NCBI GenBank assembly: GCA_028275775.1
Contig: JAPWTZ010000001.1
Location: forward strand, 1 to 32,000
Direction of reading: 5' to 3'
Source of the DNA: Candidatus Nanopusillus sp.
GTDB taxonomy: Archaea > Nanobdellota > Nanobdellia > Nanobdellales > Nanobdellaceae
Length of the DNA stretch: 32,000 nt
In this document: in pieces, positions 1 through 9,351 of the stretch
How positions within the stretch are numbered: position 1 is the stretch's first letter
Layout: the number at the start of each line of letters is the position of its first letter
Made by a program: the position numbers and the translations under genes
The notes under the pieces: model-generated
Told to the model about the DNA's origin: nothing
Databases searched by the model: none
The model's input: only the letters and a program-made list of their open reading frames with translations

Positions 1-15
1 TTAATATCAATAATA

Positions 16-411
16 TTGTATTTAAATTTCAAAAATAATTCAAACATAATTATATTATTATTAATTTATATAATAGCGAATTTTTTATTATTTTTTAAAT
101 ATCCTTTTATAGTATATAATATTTTATATTCAATTATTTCCTTTTCATATTTTCTAATTTATTATCTAATTTACAAAGATCTATACAAAATTTTATCATT
201 TTTTAAAATTTTAAAATTATATAAAGTATTTAATATATTAAATTTTCTTTATTTTTTAATTAATATATCAAAAATTTTCTTAAGAACTTTTATTATAAGC
301 TCTTTTGAATATATAATCTTCCTTTCAATTTACTCAATAATTTTATTTATTATTTTGTACAAAAATATCTATATTTTAATAAAAAAGTACTTTACTTACC
401 AAGTTTCTTAA
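16..411 (+). CDS. Hypothetical polytopic membrane protein. It may be 5'-partial, because the frame is open back to position 1.
   Basis: 131-codon ORF starting at TTG, very hydrophobic (I/L/F/Y-rich) with several TM-like segments. No competing ORF covers this stretch. No recognisable family. Its last 20 nt overlap the convergent SPFH gene. Confidence 0.3.
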   Translation: MYLNFKNNSNIIILLLIYIIANFLLFFKYPFIVYNILYSIISFSYFLIYYLIYKDLYKILSFFKILKLYKVFNILNFLYFLINISKIFLRTFIISSFEYIIFLSIYSIILFIILYKNIYILIKKYFTYQVS

Positions 412-1237
412 ATAAATTAAATATCTCCGGTGGTACTACAATTATTTTTTCATTCTGACTATTTCTTAATATATCTAAAAACCTTAATACAATACCATAA
501 TCACTTTCAGATAATATTTCTGCAGCTTTCTTAAAGTTCTCTGCAGCTTGTAATTCACCTTGTGATTCAATTACTTTTGCCTGTGCCAATCCTTGAGCTC
601 TTAATATTTCTGCATCTCTTTGTCTTTCAGCAATCGCCCTTTGAGTTAATGCAGATAATATTTCTTGAGGAACAATTATATCCTGTATTTTTATTGCAAT
701 AATATCAACACCCCATTCTCCAATTTCCTTTTGAATTATATCTCTTAATTCTTTTCCAATTTCTTCCTTTTTTTGTAATATATCATTTAAATTGTATTTT
801 CCAAATATATCCCTTAAATTTGTCTGAGCATAATTTAATATTGCTCTATTTAAATCTCTTATATTCATTATAACCTTTCCAGGATCTATTATTCTATAAA
901 ATACAGTACTTCTTACTGTAATATTTACATTATCTGCAGTTAATAATACTTGCTCTGGTAGATCATAATTTATAATCCTCATATCTACTTTAATCAATTT
1001 TTGAAAACCTGGTAAAATATATATTAAACCACCAGAAAGGACTCCCGAATAATATCCTAACGTAAATATTACTGCCTTTTCATAATTATATATTATTCTT
1101 ATTCCAGTCAATGTATATATTAATAGCAATATTCCGAATATTATTCCCAATATTCCAAGAAATTTCATTAACAGAACAGATATTAATAATAGTATAAAAA
1201 ATATTCCCCATTGTCTCATATTACTGTATTCTTCCAT
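392..1237 (-). CDS. SPFH/band-7 family membrane protein (stomatin/prohibitin-like)
   Basis: ATG start. N-terminal TM segments are followed by a typical PHB domain (EKAVIFTLG..., RIINYDLPEQ..LTADNV, VFYRIIDP) and a C-terminal coiled-coil (AIAERQRDAEILRAQGLAQAKVIESQGE). Confidence 0.85.
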   Translation of the reverse strand: MEEYSNMRQWGIFFILLLISVLLMKFLGILGIIFGILLLIYTLTGIRIIYNYEKAVIFTLGYYSGVLSGGLIYILPGFQKLIKVDMRIINYDLPEQVLLTADNVNITVRSTVFYRIIDPGKVIMNIRDLNRAILNYAQTNLRDIFGKYNLNDILQKKEEIGKELRDIIQKEIGEWGVDIIAIKIQDIIVPQEILSALTQRAIAERQRDAEILRAQGLAQAKVIESQGELQAAENFKKAAEILSESDYGIVLRFLDILRNSQNEKIIVVPPEIFNLFKKLGK

Positions 1238-1290
1238 ATTACGAATATTCTAATTTTGCTTAAAAACTTTATCTTGAAAATATTCTAATT

Positions 1291-1545
1291 ATGAATAAAG
1301 ATGATAAAAAATTAAAAGAAATAGAAAAAATATATGAATCGATATTACCATTTTTTACAAAAGAAGCAATTGATAGATTATCAAATATAAAGGTTGTATA
1401 TCCTGAAAAATTCATGCAAGTTGTTTTGATTTTATATCAATATATACAATCTGGTAAAATAAAAAAGATAGATGATGAATTATTAAAAAATATATTATCA
1501 AAGTTATCTGAAAGAAGAGAACCAAAAATAAAGTTTATACATTAA
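1291..1545 (+). CDS. PDCD5/TFAR19-family double-stranded DNA-binding protein
   Basis: 84 aa. The pattern ILPFFTKEAIDRLSNIKVVYPEKFMQV...IQSGKIKKKIDDELLKNILSKLSERR matches the archaeal PDCD5-like (PF01984) consensus recalled from memory. Confidence 0.7.
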   Translation: MNKDDKKLKEIEKIYESILPFFTKEAIDRLSNIKVVYPEKFMQVVLILYQYIQSGKIKKIDDELLKNILSKLSERREPKIKFIH

Positions 1546-2660
1546 CTTAATATTTTTTCAGGATGCTCTAATTTATCTGGTAAATATTTTTCTGCAACGA
1601 ATTCTAATGAATTTGCTGCTAATGCATCCTGTTCAACCTTTATTCCATAATCTAACATTTTTCTAAATTGTCTTTGCCAATCTTCAGATTTTTTAAACCA
1701 TGGATAATTTGCTAGTTCATTTATTCTTTTTATATCCCTTTGATTTAATTTTATTACAGCGCCTTTCTTTCTTAAATCATATTCATCTATATCATCAATT
1801 GTCATTCCTATGAATTTAACATCTGGTGTAGCTAATAATTCAGAAAATTGTGATAGATTCATAGATCCCCTTTTAATTACAGAATATATATAGAATCCCC
1901 ATGGATCTCCATCTGTAAATACATAAACCGGTAAATTTTTTTCTTTTCTTAATCTATGAATTAATCTTCTAACACCTCTTGGGGGTTGGCCTTTACTAGT
2001 AATTAATATTGCACCTTGTTTTTCTGGAAATCTTTCTTCAATTAACCTATCAAACATTGCTTCTTTTTCTACTACTAAAACAAAATCTGCATTTACATCT
2101 CCAATTTCTATATCTTCAATTGTTGATGGAATACTCCAACCTCCTCTTCCCAATTTTGAACAATTCCATTCATCACCTCTTTTTTTATCCCTTAAATATA
2201 TATCTCCATATATTGCACCCCTCCCTTCAGCTTTTATATGAAATTGCTCTCTTATTGCTTTTATTGCTCTTTCTAGATCTTCAATTACAGCATCAGATTC
2301 TTCTTGTTCTTCTATTGTATTTACATTTAATATTGGTATTGTATGTTTCAATTGATAATAAACCTCTCTTAAGCTTGCAGTTTTATCATTTTCTACCAGT
2401 TTTTTTGCTAAAGAAGCAACTAATAATGTTTGCATAAATCTTCTTACATGACCTAAATTAAAGAATTCTCTAGATCCAATTTTTTCTTTTAAAGTAATTA
2501 TATCCCTTTTTTCATCATATTCAATATTTTTTATATTACCCCTTACAGCAAGCTTTATTGATGGATTTCCAGAAGAAAATTCATTATAAATTTCTTCAGC
2601 TAACTTTTTTATTCTATCTAAAACTTCTTCCCTTGATAATTTTTCTATATATTGGACCAT
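1542..2660 (-). CDS. top6A: DNA topoisomerase VI subunit A (Spo11-like)
   Basis: 372 aa. It has a winged-helix region with the catalytic Tyr context (REVYYQLKH) and a Toprim domain (FVLVVEKEAMF, VFTDGDPWGFYIY). It lies directly downstream of top6B on the same strand. Confidence 0.9.
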   Translation of the reverse strand: MVQYIEKLSREEVLDRIKKLAEEIYNEFSSGNPSIKLAVRGNIKNIEYDEKRDIITLKEKIGSREFFNLGHVRRFMQTLLVASLAKKLVENDKTASLREVYYQLKHTIPILNVNTIEEQEESDAVIEDLERAIKAIREQFHIKAEGRGAIYGDIYLRDKKRGDEWNCSKLGRGGWSIPSTIEDIEIGDVNADFVLVVEKEAMFDRLIEERFPEKQGAILITSKGQPPRGVRRLIHRLRKEKNLPVYVFTDGDPWGFYIYSVIKRGSMNLSQFSELLATPDVKFIGMTIDDIDEYDLRKKGAVIKLNQRDIKRINELANYPWFKKSEDWQRQFRKMLDYGIKVEQDALAANSLEFVAEKYLPDKLEHPEKILS

Positions 2661-2676
2661 TTTATTTTATTATAAG

Positions 2677-4419
2677 TTAACTTAATAAGCTCAACTTATT
2701 CTTTTTAACATCATTTATTACTTCTACTATCATATCTTCTAATTCTTTTTCACTTAATAGATTAATCTTTACTGTATCTTTTAACATATTTTTAATTAAT
2801 GCTATTGCTCTATCTTCTTTTCCTTCTTTTAATAAATTTTTTACTTCTCTAACAGATTTTAATATCTCATATATATCATTTACCAATTCCTTCTTTATTC
2901 TTTCCTTTACCCTTTCTTCTACTTTTTCTTTTTCAATATCTAGTATAGAACTTAAAGAATCTATAACTTCTAATCCATATCCATATAAATTTTTATATTT
3001 ATCACCAATTGTTTCTAAAGCCTTCTTTTTCTTAATATATATTGATAATTCTCTTAATGCATTTTTAATACCCAATTCTATTTCTCTTACTATTTCATCA
3101 TATGGCGCAATTGCTTCCTTTGATTCTGAAGTAAACGGTAACCAAACAGATGCAACATGGACTAATATTGCCATTGGATCTTTTGGAAATTCTCCTTCAA
3201 CTTCAAATCCATAATGCTTCCAATTAATTTCTTTTAATGCATGTGTTATTGCATCTTCTCCAGGTTTATATAATAATGGTACTCTATTTGCAAATCTATA
3301 ATATTGAAATTCATTTATTTCTCCACCATATGCAATCCCAACTTCTACTATAAATGGTATTCCTCTATACAATGCTGGCCTTCTTTTTATTGCAGCCATA
3401 TATTCTGGTTTAAGTATATTTTCCATACTTTTTAATATTATATCTCTACCAAGAGTTACAATATATTTTGAAGGAATTGCCCTTAATTTTGCATTTTGTA
3501 ATGCATTATACAATTTTATAATTTGATCATCATTTAAAGTTTTAGGATCTATATTTGGATCTAATTTTGCTTTCTTTAGTACTTCCATTGCAGTATTTTG
3601 TCCTACAGATGAAAATGTTTTAGTTAAAAAGTTTAATAATGTTTTTTCTTTTGTTTCTCTTATTAATCTATCAAAATATCCTAATTCAATCCCATAAGGA
3701 TGTGGTTTTACTTCTTTTAATTCTGGAATCTCATTTATTATTCTTTTATAAACAAATTTCTCTCCATCCGGATTTTTATAAATTATATTTGCATGTGGAT
3801 TTATCAAAGCAGTTAATCTAATATATTCATCAACAGATTGTTTACCCTTTATATATTGACCTACTATTTTTGCTTTTACAATTGTTCCACTCTCTTTTTT
3901 CATTTCAACTTCTTCCTTTTCTAAAATTATTGGAGTATTCGTTTTTACATCAATCTTTATTTTATATTTTATTCCTTTTTCTTTATTTTTCATTTTTGTA
4001 ATAATTTCTACAGGTTCTTTTGTTGTAAGTTGTGAATATAGTGTAACTGCTGAGGCACCAATACCCTGTTTTCCCCTTGTTGATATAAATCTATGAAACT
4101 TTGAACCAAATAGAAAACTACCAAATATTTCTGAAACACTTTCATATGGTATACCTGGTCCATTATCTTCTACAATTACTTTATAAACATCATTTTCTAA
4201 TCTATCTATTTCAACCTTTATATCTGGAAGTATTCTATATTCTTCACATGCATCTAATGAATTATCAACATATTCTTTTACTGCAATTAATAGTGCTTTC
4301 CTAGGACTATCAAATCCCAATAGATGTCTATTTCTTTCAAAAAATTCTGCTACAGATATTCTTTTAAACTTTTTATATAATTCAATTTCCTGAATATTTT
4401 GCTTACTTTTTTCTTTCAT
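2677..4419 (-). CDS. top6B: DNA topoisomerase VI subunit B (GHKL ATPase)
   Basis: 580 aa. Bergerat-fold motifs are present (EYVDNSLDA, EDNGPGIP, GKQGIGAS) along with a transducer domain. The canonical top6B-top6A gene pair is separated by 16 nt. Confidence 0.9.
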   Translation of the reverse strand: MKEKSKQNIQEIELYKKFKRISVAEFFERNRHLLGFDSPRKALLIAVKEYVDNSLDACEEYRILPDIKVEIDRLENDVYKVIVEDNGPGIPYESVSEIFGSFLFGSKFHRFISTRGKQGIGASAVTLYSQLTTKEPVEIITKMKNKEKGIKYKIKIDVKTNTPIILEKEEVEMKKESGTIVKAKIVGQYIKGKQSVDEYIRLTALINPHANIIYKNPDGEKFVYKRIINEIPELKEVKPHPYGIELGYFDRLIRETKEKTLLNFLTKTFSSVGQNTAMEVLKKAKLDPNIDPKTLNDDQIIKLYNALQNAKLRAIPSKYIVTLGRDIILKSMENILKPEYMAAIKRRPALYRGIPFIVEVGIAYGGEINEFQYYRFANRVPLLYKPGEDAITHALKEINWKHYGFEVEGEFPKDPMAILVHVASVWLPFTSESKEAIAPYDEIVREIELGIKNALRELSIYIKKKKALETIGDKYKNLYGYGLEVIDSLSSILDIEKEKVEERVKERIKKELVNDIYEILKSVREVKNLLKEGKEDRAIALIKNMLKDTVKINLLSEKELEDMIVEVINDVKKNKLSLLS

Positions 4420-4451
4420 TTAAAAAATATCTATTTTAATATTTTAAAATG

Positions 4452-4973
4452 TTATTTAATATATCTTGCAAATTCTTTGTCTTTATTCTTTAAATCTTTT
4501 ATATATTTATCCAAATAATTAAATACTGTACTATGTTTCTCCCCCTTTATTATTCTTTTTATTCCTTCATATGCTGATTGTAAAGAAATGCTATCTCCAA
4601 GTATGTATATATATTTATCCTTAATAATTATATCAGCATTTGTCCTTTTCCTCAATTCTTCCAATACTTTTCCTTCTTCTCCAATAATTCTTCCCTTTAT
4701 CCTAATTATATGATTTATTTTCTTTTCAAATACTTGTTTTAAATCAATTTCTAATATATCCCAATCATTATCTAATATATTTAATAATTTTTTAATATCA
4801 AAACCCGCTTTTAATCCCTTTATAAATTTATCAAATTTATATAAGAAATAGAAGTCCTCATAATAGATAATTATTTTATTTTTATTTCTACTATATTTTA
4901 TATTTCTCTCTTTCAATAAATTTTCAAGTTCATTTACTTTTATATCCTTTATATCAAATTCATATGTATACAT
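4452..4973 (-). CDS. KH-domain RNA-binding protein (archaeal Dim2/Pno1/KRR1-like)
   Basis: 173 aa. The C-terminal KH signature is IRIKGRIIGEEGKVLEELRKRTNADIIIKDKYIYILGD...AYEGIKRIIKGEKHSTVFNYL. Confidence 0.55.
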   Translation of the reverse strand: MYTYEFDIKDIKVNELENLLKERNIKYSRNKNKIIIYYEDFYFLYKFDKFIKGLKAGFDIKKLLNILDNDWDILEIDLKQVFEKKINHIIRIKGRIIGEEGKVLEELRKRTNADIIIKDKYIYILGDSISLQSAYEGIKRIIKGEKHSTVFNYLDKYIKDLKNKDKEFARYIK

Positions 4974-4997
4974 AAAAAATATATATTGTAAAAATTT

Positions 4998-5858
4998 TTA
5001 TACAGTTATTTGATTTAAAACATCCAAATTTAATTCTCTATTTATTTTATAAAATGGTTGTACTTTTAATCCTTCATGTAATGTAATTCTAGATCCTTTA
5101 TAAAATATACCAACAGGAATTTTTGCATCTTCTCTCAATGTATAATCGTATTCTAAAGCTTTTTTTAATGCTTCATCAAAATTTGTTGGATCATGTCCTA
5201 CATCTTCTAATTTATACATGCGTGTTTCATAATATTTCCTTGTATCGTGTTGAGCAATACATGGTTGAATTATATCTACAAATGCAAATCCTTTATGTAA
5301 TATTGCTTCCTTCATTATATATTTTAAATGATCTATCCATAATGCATATCCTCTAGCAACAAATGTAGCACCAGATACCAATGCTAATGCAATTGGATTT
5401 AATGGTTTTTCAAATACTTTCATTCCTAAAGATTTTGAATAAAATCCTTCTTCAGTTGTAAATGTATGCTGAGCAGTTGTTAATGCAAATACTTGATTAT
5501 TATGAACAAATAACTTTACATCTGCATTTTCTTTACATGAAGAGACAAGATGATCTATTCCTTCATTATATGTATCCCCATCTCCCTGAAATACTAAAAC
5601 AGTTAATTCAGGATTTCCCATCTTTATTCCAACCCCCAATGGTAATGCTCTTCCATGTAATCCACTAAATGAACTTAAATTTAAATAATTATGTATCTTT
5701 CCTGCACATCCAATTCCCGATGTAAATACAATCTTTCTTCTATCAATTTTTCCTTCAGATTCTAATTCTTTTAAAGTAGAAATTATTGCTGTATATATAC
5801 CAAAGTTTGTACATCCAGGACACCATGTAATTTGATAACCAGTTCTTAGATCCTCCAT
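4998..5858 (-). CDS. 2-oxoacid:ferredoxin oxidoreductase, beta (TPP-binding) subunit
   Basis: 286 aa. Motifs WCPGC, GIGC, LHGRALP, GDGD and QPC give the TPP site and the Cys ligands of the proximal [4Fe-4S] cluster. No alpha subunit gene is adjacent. Confidence 0.85.
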   Translation of the reverse strand: MEDLRTGYQITWCPGCTNFGIYTAIISTLKELESEGKIDRRKIVFTSGIGCAGKIHNYLNLSSFSGLHGRALPLGVGIKMGNPELTVLVFQGDGDTYNEGIDHLVSSCKENADVKLFVHNNQVFALTTAQHTFTTEEGFYSKSLGMKVFEKPLNPIALALVSGATFVARGYALWIDHLKYIMKEAILHKGFAFVDIIQPCIAQHDTRKYYETRMYKLEDVGHDPTNFDEALKKALEYDYTLREDAKIPVGIFYKGSRITLHEGLKVQPFYKINRELNLDVLNQITV

Positions 5859-5915
5859 GATATAGATAATATATACCTAAAAATAAAAGGTTAAAGATTA
5901 ACTAAAAAGTGGAAA

Positions 5916-7331
5916 TTATTTTGTAATTCTTATAATTAATCCATTAGAATATTTAACTCTATCCCAAATTAAATATCTATATCTTAATTCTGCTCTTGGC
6001 AATTCTATATTTTTATATTCTTTTATATCTTTTGCTTCTAATGTATAAGAAATAACTATTTCTTCATTTCTTCTTATATTATCAAATTTCCAGTTTAAAC
6101 TATAATTATTATCTACCTTATAAACTGAAGATGGTTCTACAATTTTATATTCTTTTACTTTTAATGGTCCGTTTACCCTATCTATTAATTTAACCTGATT
6201 TAATGGAAATATACTTTTATTTTTTATATTTATTGTTACATCTATTGTTTCTTTATCCAAATCAATCCTCAATATTTCTTTTGATATTTCTATATTATCT
6301 CTTAAGAATATATAGAATATTATAAATAATATTAGGAGTACTGAAGCTATAATTTCTGCTAATAATAGATAGTTAAAGTTTTCGTATATTATATAAGATT
6401 GTCCTGGTAATAAAAACACATTATATATTGCATATTTAGATCCATTTATATTGCCAGTATAATATTGGTTTGGATAAAATGTAGAAAATATTCCATAATA
6501 ACTTTTTAAATAATATGTATAATTGATTGGATAATTGTATGGATTTGTTATATTTATTATATATTCTAATCCATTTTTAGTTATTTCTATTATTGGGGTT
6601 GTATTTAATTGAAAAACTGTGAAATTTAGATAATATGTATAATTATTTGAATATATTATTAAATGATGTTCTCCTATAGAAACATTATTCGATATAAATA
6701 TTGGAAATTGATATATATTTACTCCCGGACTTAATGTTTCATTATAAAATGCTGAAAAATTAAAATCAGAAGATATATTAATTGATAAATATTGACTGAA
6801 ATTGTTTGGATTATTTATTATTCCTATTAAATATATGAAACTATTTTGAGCTACTGTTGAACTTGATAATTCAAAGTTTATTGATAATGGTAAAATAATA
6901 GTTGAATTTGTTACAATTGGTTGACTATAATATAATACTGGAGTAAATTGGATTATATCCGAATAATATTCTGAGGTAATATTTAGATTATGCAAATATA
7001 CAACTATTTCTGGTATTTGATTAATAAAACCCAGGGGTCTCATATATATTTCTATTTCCTCTAATTGACCAGGATATAAATATCCAGAAACTAATGTATT
7101 ATTTTCTCCTATAATAAAGAACCATTGAGATGATAATGGTGAAATATCATAATAGTATGTATAATTTGTTGGATTATATATATTTATTTCATATATTGCA
7201 TAACTATTTGGATTAGATATATTAATTTGATTATTTATTACTGTTGGATATCCAACTATTGGCTGCTGTGAATAAATTTCTAACATTATTGGTATAATTA
7301 ACATACCCAACAAAATCTTCCTCCAATCCAT
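5916..7331 (-). CDS. Hypothetical signal-peptide membrane glycoprotein (sequon-dense ectodomain, one TM, C-terminal beta-rich domain)
   Basis: 471 aa. There is an N-terminal hydrophobic signal (ILLGMLIIPIMLEIYS), many N-x-S/T sequons, a TM segment (LLLAEIIASVLLILFIIFYIFL), then a ~125-aa domain. No confident family assignment. Confidence 0.6.
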   Translation of the reverse strand: MDWRKILLGMLIIPIMLEIYSQQPIVGYPTVINNQINISNPNSYAIYEINIYNPTNYTYYYDISPLSSQWFFIIGENNTLVSGYLYPGQLEEIEIYMRPLGFINQIPEIVVYLHNLNITSEYYSDIIQFTPVLYYSQPIVTNSTIILPLSINFELSSSTVAQNSFIYLIGIINNPNNFSQYLSINISSDFNFSAFYNETLSPGVNIYQFPIFISNNVSIGEHHLIIYSNNYTYYLNFTVFQLNTTPIIEITKNGLEYIINITNPYNYPINYTYYLKSYYGIFSTFYPNQYYTGNINGSKYAIYNVFLLPGQSYIIYENFNYLLLAEIIASVLLILFIIFYIFLRDNIEISKEILRIDLDKETIDVTINIKNKSIFPLNQVKLIDRVNGPLKVKEYKIVEPSSVYKVDNNYSLNWKFDNIRRNEEIVISYTLEAKDIKEYKNIELPRAELRYRYLIWDRVKYSNGLIIRITK

Positions 7332-7371
7332 GTATAATATGTTTCAATTTAAATATATAAATTATTATATT

Positions 7372-8172
7372 TTAACTATATATTAAACCTATTAGGCTAA
7401 CTATTATTGCTATACTACCAAGTATATAGTCAATATAATATATCTTTTTACTTTTTGCTAATTTCATTAAAATACCAATAGTTAAATAGCCTACAATAAA
7501 TGAAACAATTATTGCAGTTAAAATTCCATAATATCCTATATTAGATGCTACATACATAATATTAGATTTAGAAGTTAATATAGTTAAGAAAAATGCTCCA
7601 AGAGCTGCTGGTACATATAAAATATATGAAAGAGAAAAAGAAAATTTTGGATCATATTCCATTAATAACATAGTAGATATTGTAATTCCAGATCTGCTAA
7701 CACCAGGTAGAGCAGCAAGGCCCTGTGCAATTCCAATAATTATTATATCCCTTAAATTAAGATCCTTTTTATCCTTTATTTTTATTTTATTTCTTGTATA
7801 ATATATATAAATTCCATCTAAAATAAGTATTAATCCCAAAATTATCATTGGTATTGACGTATTATATGTATTTTCCAATAATTTATCAGAAATAATATAT
7901 AAAGGAGCACCAATCAATCCTGTAAAAAATATTGCAATAATTATATAGTATAACATTTTTTTATCCTTTAATATTTGATATATATCTTTTCTAAAGTATA
8001 ATAGAGCAGAAAATACTGTTCCAATTTCCATAAATAATCCGAATGTATATCCAATATATGGACTAATATTTAGTAAATAATTTGAGGCTATTAGAATTTG
8101 TGTTTTACTACTTATTGGCAACCATTCACTTATACCTTGAATTATCCCCAATATTATTGGATATAAATCCAT
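7372..8172 (-). CDS. uppP: Undecaprenyl/polyprenyl-diphosphate phosphatase (BacA/UppP family)
   Basis: 266 aa polytopic membrane protein with the two BacA signature motifs, SEWLPISSKTQ and PGVSRSGITIS. Confidence 0.85.
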   Translation of the reverse strand: MDLYPIILGIIQGISEWLPISSKTQILIASNYLLNISPYIGYTFGLFMEIGTVFSALLYFRKDIYQILKDKKMLYYIIIAIFFTGLIGAPLYIISDKLLENTYNTSIPMIILGLILILDGIYIYYTRNKIKIKDKKDLNLRDIIIIGIAQGLAALPGVSRSGITISTMLLMEYDPKFSFSLSYILYVPAALGAFFLTILTSKSNIMYVASNIGYYGILTAIIVSFIVGYLTIGILMKLAKSKKIYYIDYILGSIAIIVSLIGLIYS

Positions 8173-8224
8173 TTTTCATACTTTATTAAAATACCTTTAA
8201 AAATTTTTATTAAAAAACTAGTTT

Positions 8225-9010
8225 ATGATTAAAAATCATATATTATCATCAGTTTTTTACATAGAATCTTCTATAGCTTTATACTTTTCTTATATATATT
8301 TCTTAGATTTAATAAATAATTTATTATATTCATCAATAAATTATAGTCTTTTATTTATATTATCAATTAGTTTATTATCTTTTTTAATAACATTTTATTT
8401 AGGAACATATTTTTCAAGAGAAATAAAAAATAAAACCTTTTATTTAATTATCGGAATCATATTTTATTCTATTGGTCTTTTATTGTTTAAGAATTTTATA
8501 AACATATATATAACGATTTCATTATTCTTTATATTTAAAATAATAAAAGTAGAATATTCTTTTTTTGCAATGATAATCTACTTTTTATCTATTTTGTTTA
8601 TTGTTCTTAACAATTCAATATTTATTAATATAGTAAATCAATTTATACATAATAAATTAGAAAGTCTTTATATTTCAAACATAAAGGATCTATATCAGAT
8701 ATATGAATATCAATTATTAAATACATATATTGGTGGTTATGAAACAGCAATAAATATTTTAGAAAATGAAGGTGATACAAATGGAGTATATATATTATAT
8801 AACAATTTAACATATGTAAATCAAACATTCTTAAATAGCTTAAATTCAACAATAAATGAATATTTAAATCAATATAATCAAACTATTAATTATAAATTAG
8901 AAAATATTATAAATAGTTTTTCATTTGAAATAAATATATTAATTACCTTATCCTTTATTACCCTATTTGGAATATTTTTAGAAATAAATAAAAGGATAGA
9001 AGGTTTATAA
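8225..9010 (+). CDS. Hypothetical membrane protein
   Basis: 261 aa. It has several N-terminal TM segments, an Asn/Tyr-rich loop with sequons and a final TM. No recognisable family. Confidence 0.5.
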   Translation: MIKNHILSSVFYIESSIALYFSYIYFLDLINNLLYSSINYSLLFILSISLLSFLITFYLGTYFSREIKNKTFYLIIGIIFYSIGLLLFKNFINIYITISLFFIFKIIKVEYSFFAMIIYFLSILFIVLNNSIFINIVNQFIHNKLESLYISNIKDLYQIYEYQLLNTYIGGYETAINILENEGDTNGVYILYNNLTYVNQTFLNSLNSTINEYLNQYNQTINYKLENIINSFSFEINILITLSFITLFGIFLEINKRIEGL

Positions 9011-9036
9011 ATCTTTCTATAAAATAAAATATTTTT

Positions 9037-9351
9037 ATGAAATTTTGTCCAAAATGTGGAAGCTTAATGAAAAAAGAAAATAATTATTTAGTATGTCCAA
9101 ATTGTGGATATAAAGAAAAAATAAAAGATGAAAATTCTTTGTTACTTACAGAAAATATAAATAAATCTTCAGAAATTACAATTATGGAAGAAAATTATAA
9201 TTTATATCCAATTGATAATGAAATTGTATGTCCCAGATGTGGAAATAAGGGAGCATATTTCTGGTCTATTCAAACAAGAGCTGGAGATGAAGGTGAAACA
9301 AAATTTTATAGATGTGTAAAATGCGGATATACATGGAGAGTATATGATTGA
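9037..9351 (+). CDS. tfs: Transcription elongation/cleavage factor TFS (TFIIS/RpoM-type)
   Basis: 104 aa. The N-terminal Zn ribbon is CPKCG...CPNCG. The C-terminal TFIIS-type ribbon is CPRCG...QTRAGDEGET...CVKCGYTW, with the acidic DE hairpin. Confidence 0.9.
   Translation: MKFCPKCGSLMKKENNYLVCPNCGYKEKIKDENSLLLTENINKSSEITIMEENYNLYPIDNEIVCPRCGNKGAYFWSIQTRAGDEGETKFYRCVKCGYTWRVYD

Noticed and set aside
392-1237. Looked for the NfeD-type membrane protease partner usually encoded in an operon with archaeal stomatin/SPFH genes.
   Set aside because: The upstream neighbour is a divergent PDCD5-like gene. The downstream neighbour is a convergent hydrophobic ORF with no ClpP/NfeD-like motifs. No such pairing can be claimed from this window.
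2009-2437. 142-aa plus-strand ORF inside top6A. There are many similar 60-105-aa ORFs antisense to confident genes: 3639-3821, 4101-4304, 5123-5356, 5462-5668, 8643-8852, 13514-13744, 14187-14396, 17293-17475, 18184-18426, 19925-20131, 20231-20440, 21029-21259, 22931-23173, 23240-23443, 24858-25160, 25674-25991 and 30635-30901.
   Set aside because: All lie fully within strongly supported genes on the opposite strand. Their translations are low-complexity L/F/I/Y/H/Q strings typical of shadow frames of AT-rich, Lys/Glu/Asn/Ile-rich coding sequence. No motifs are recognisable.
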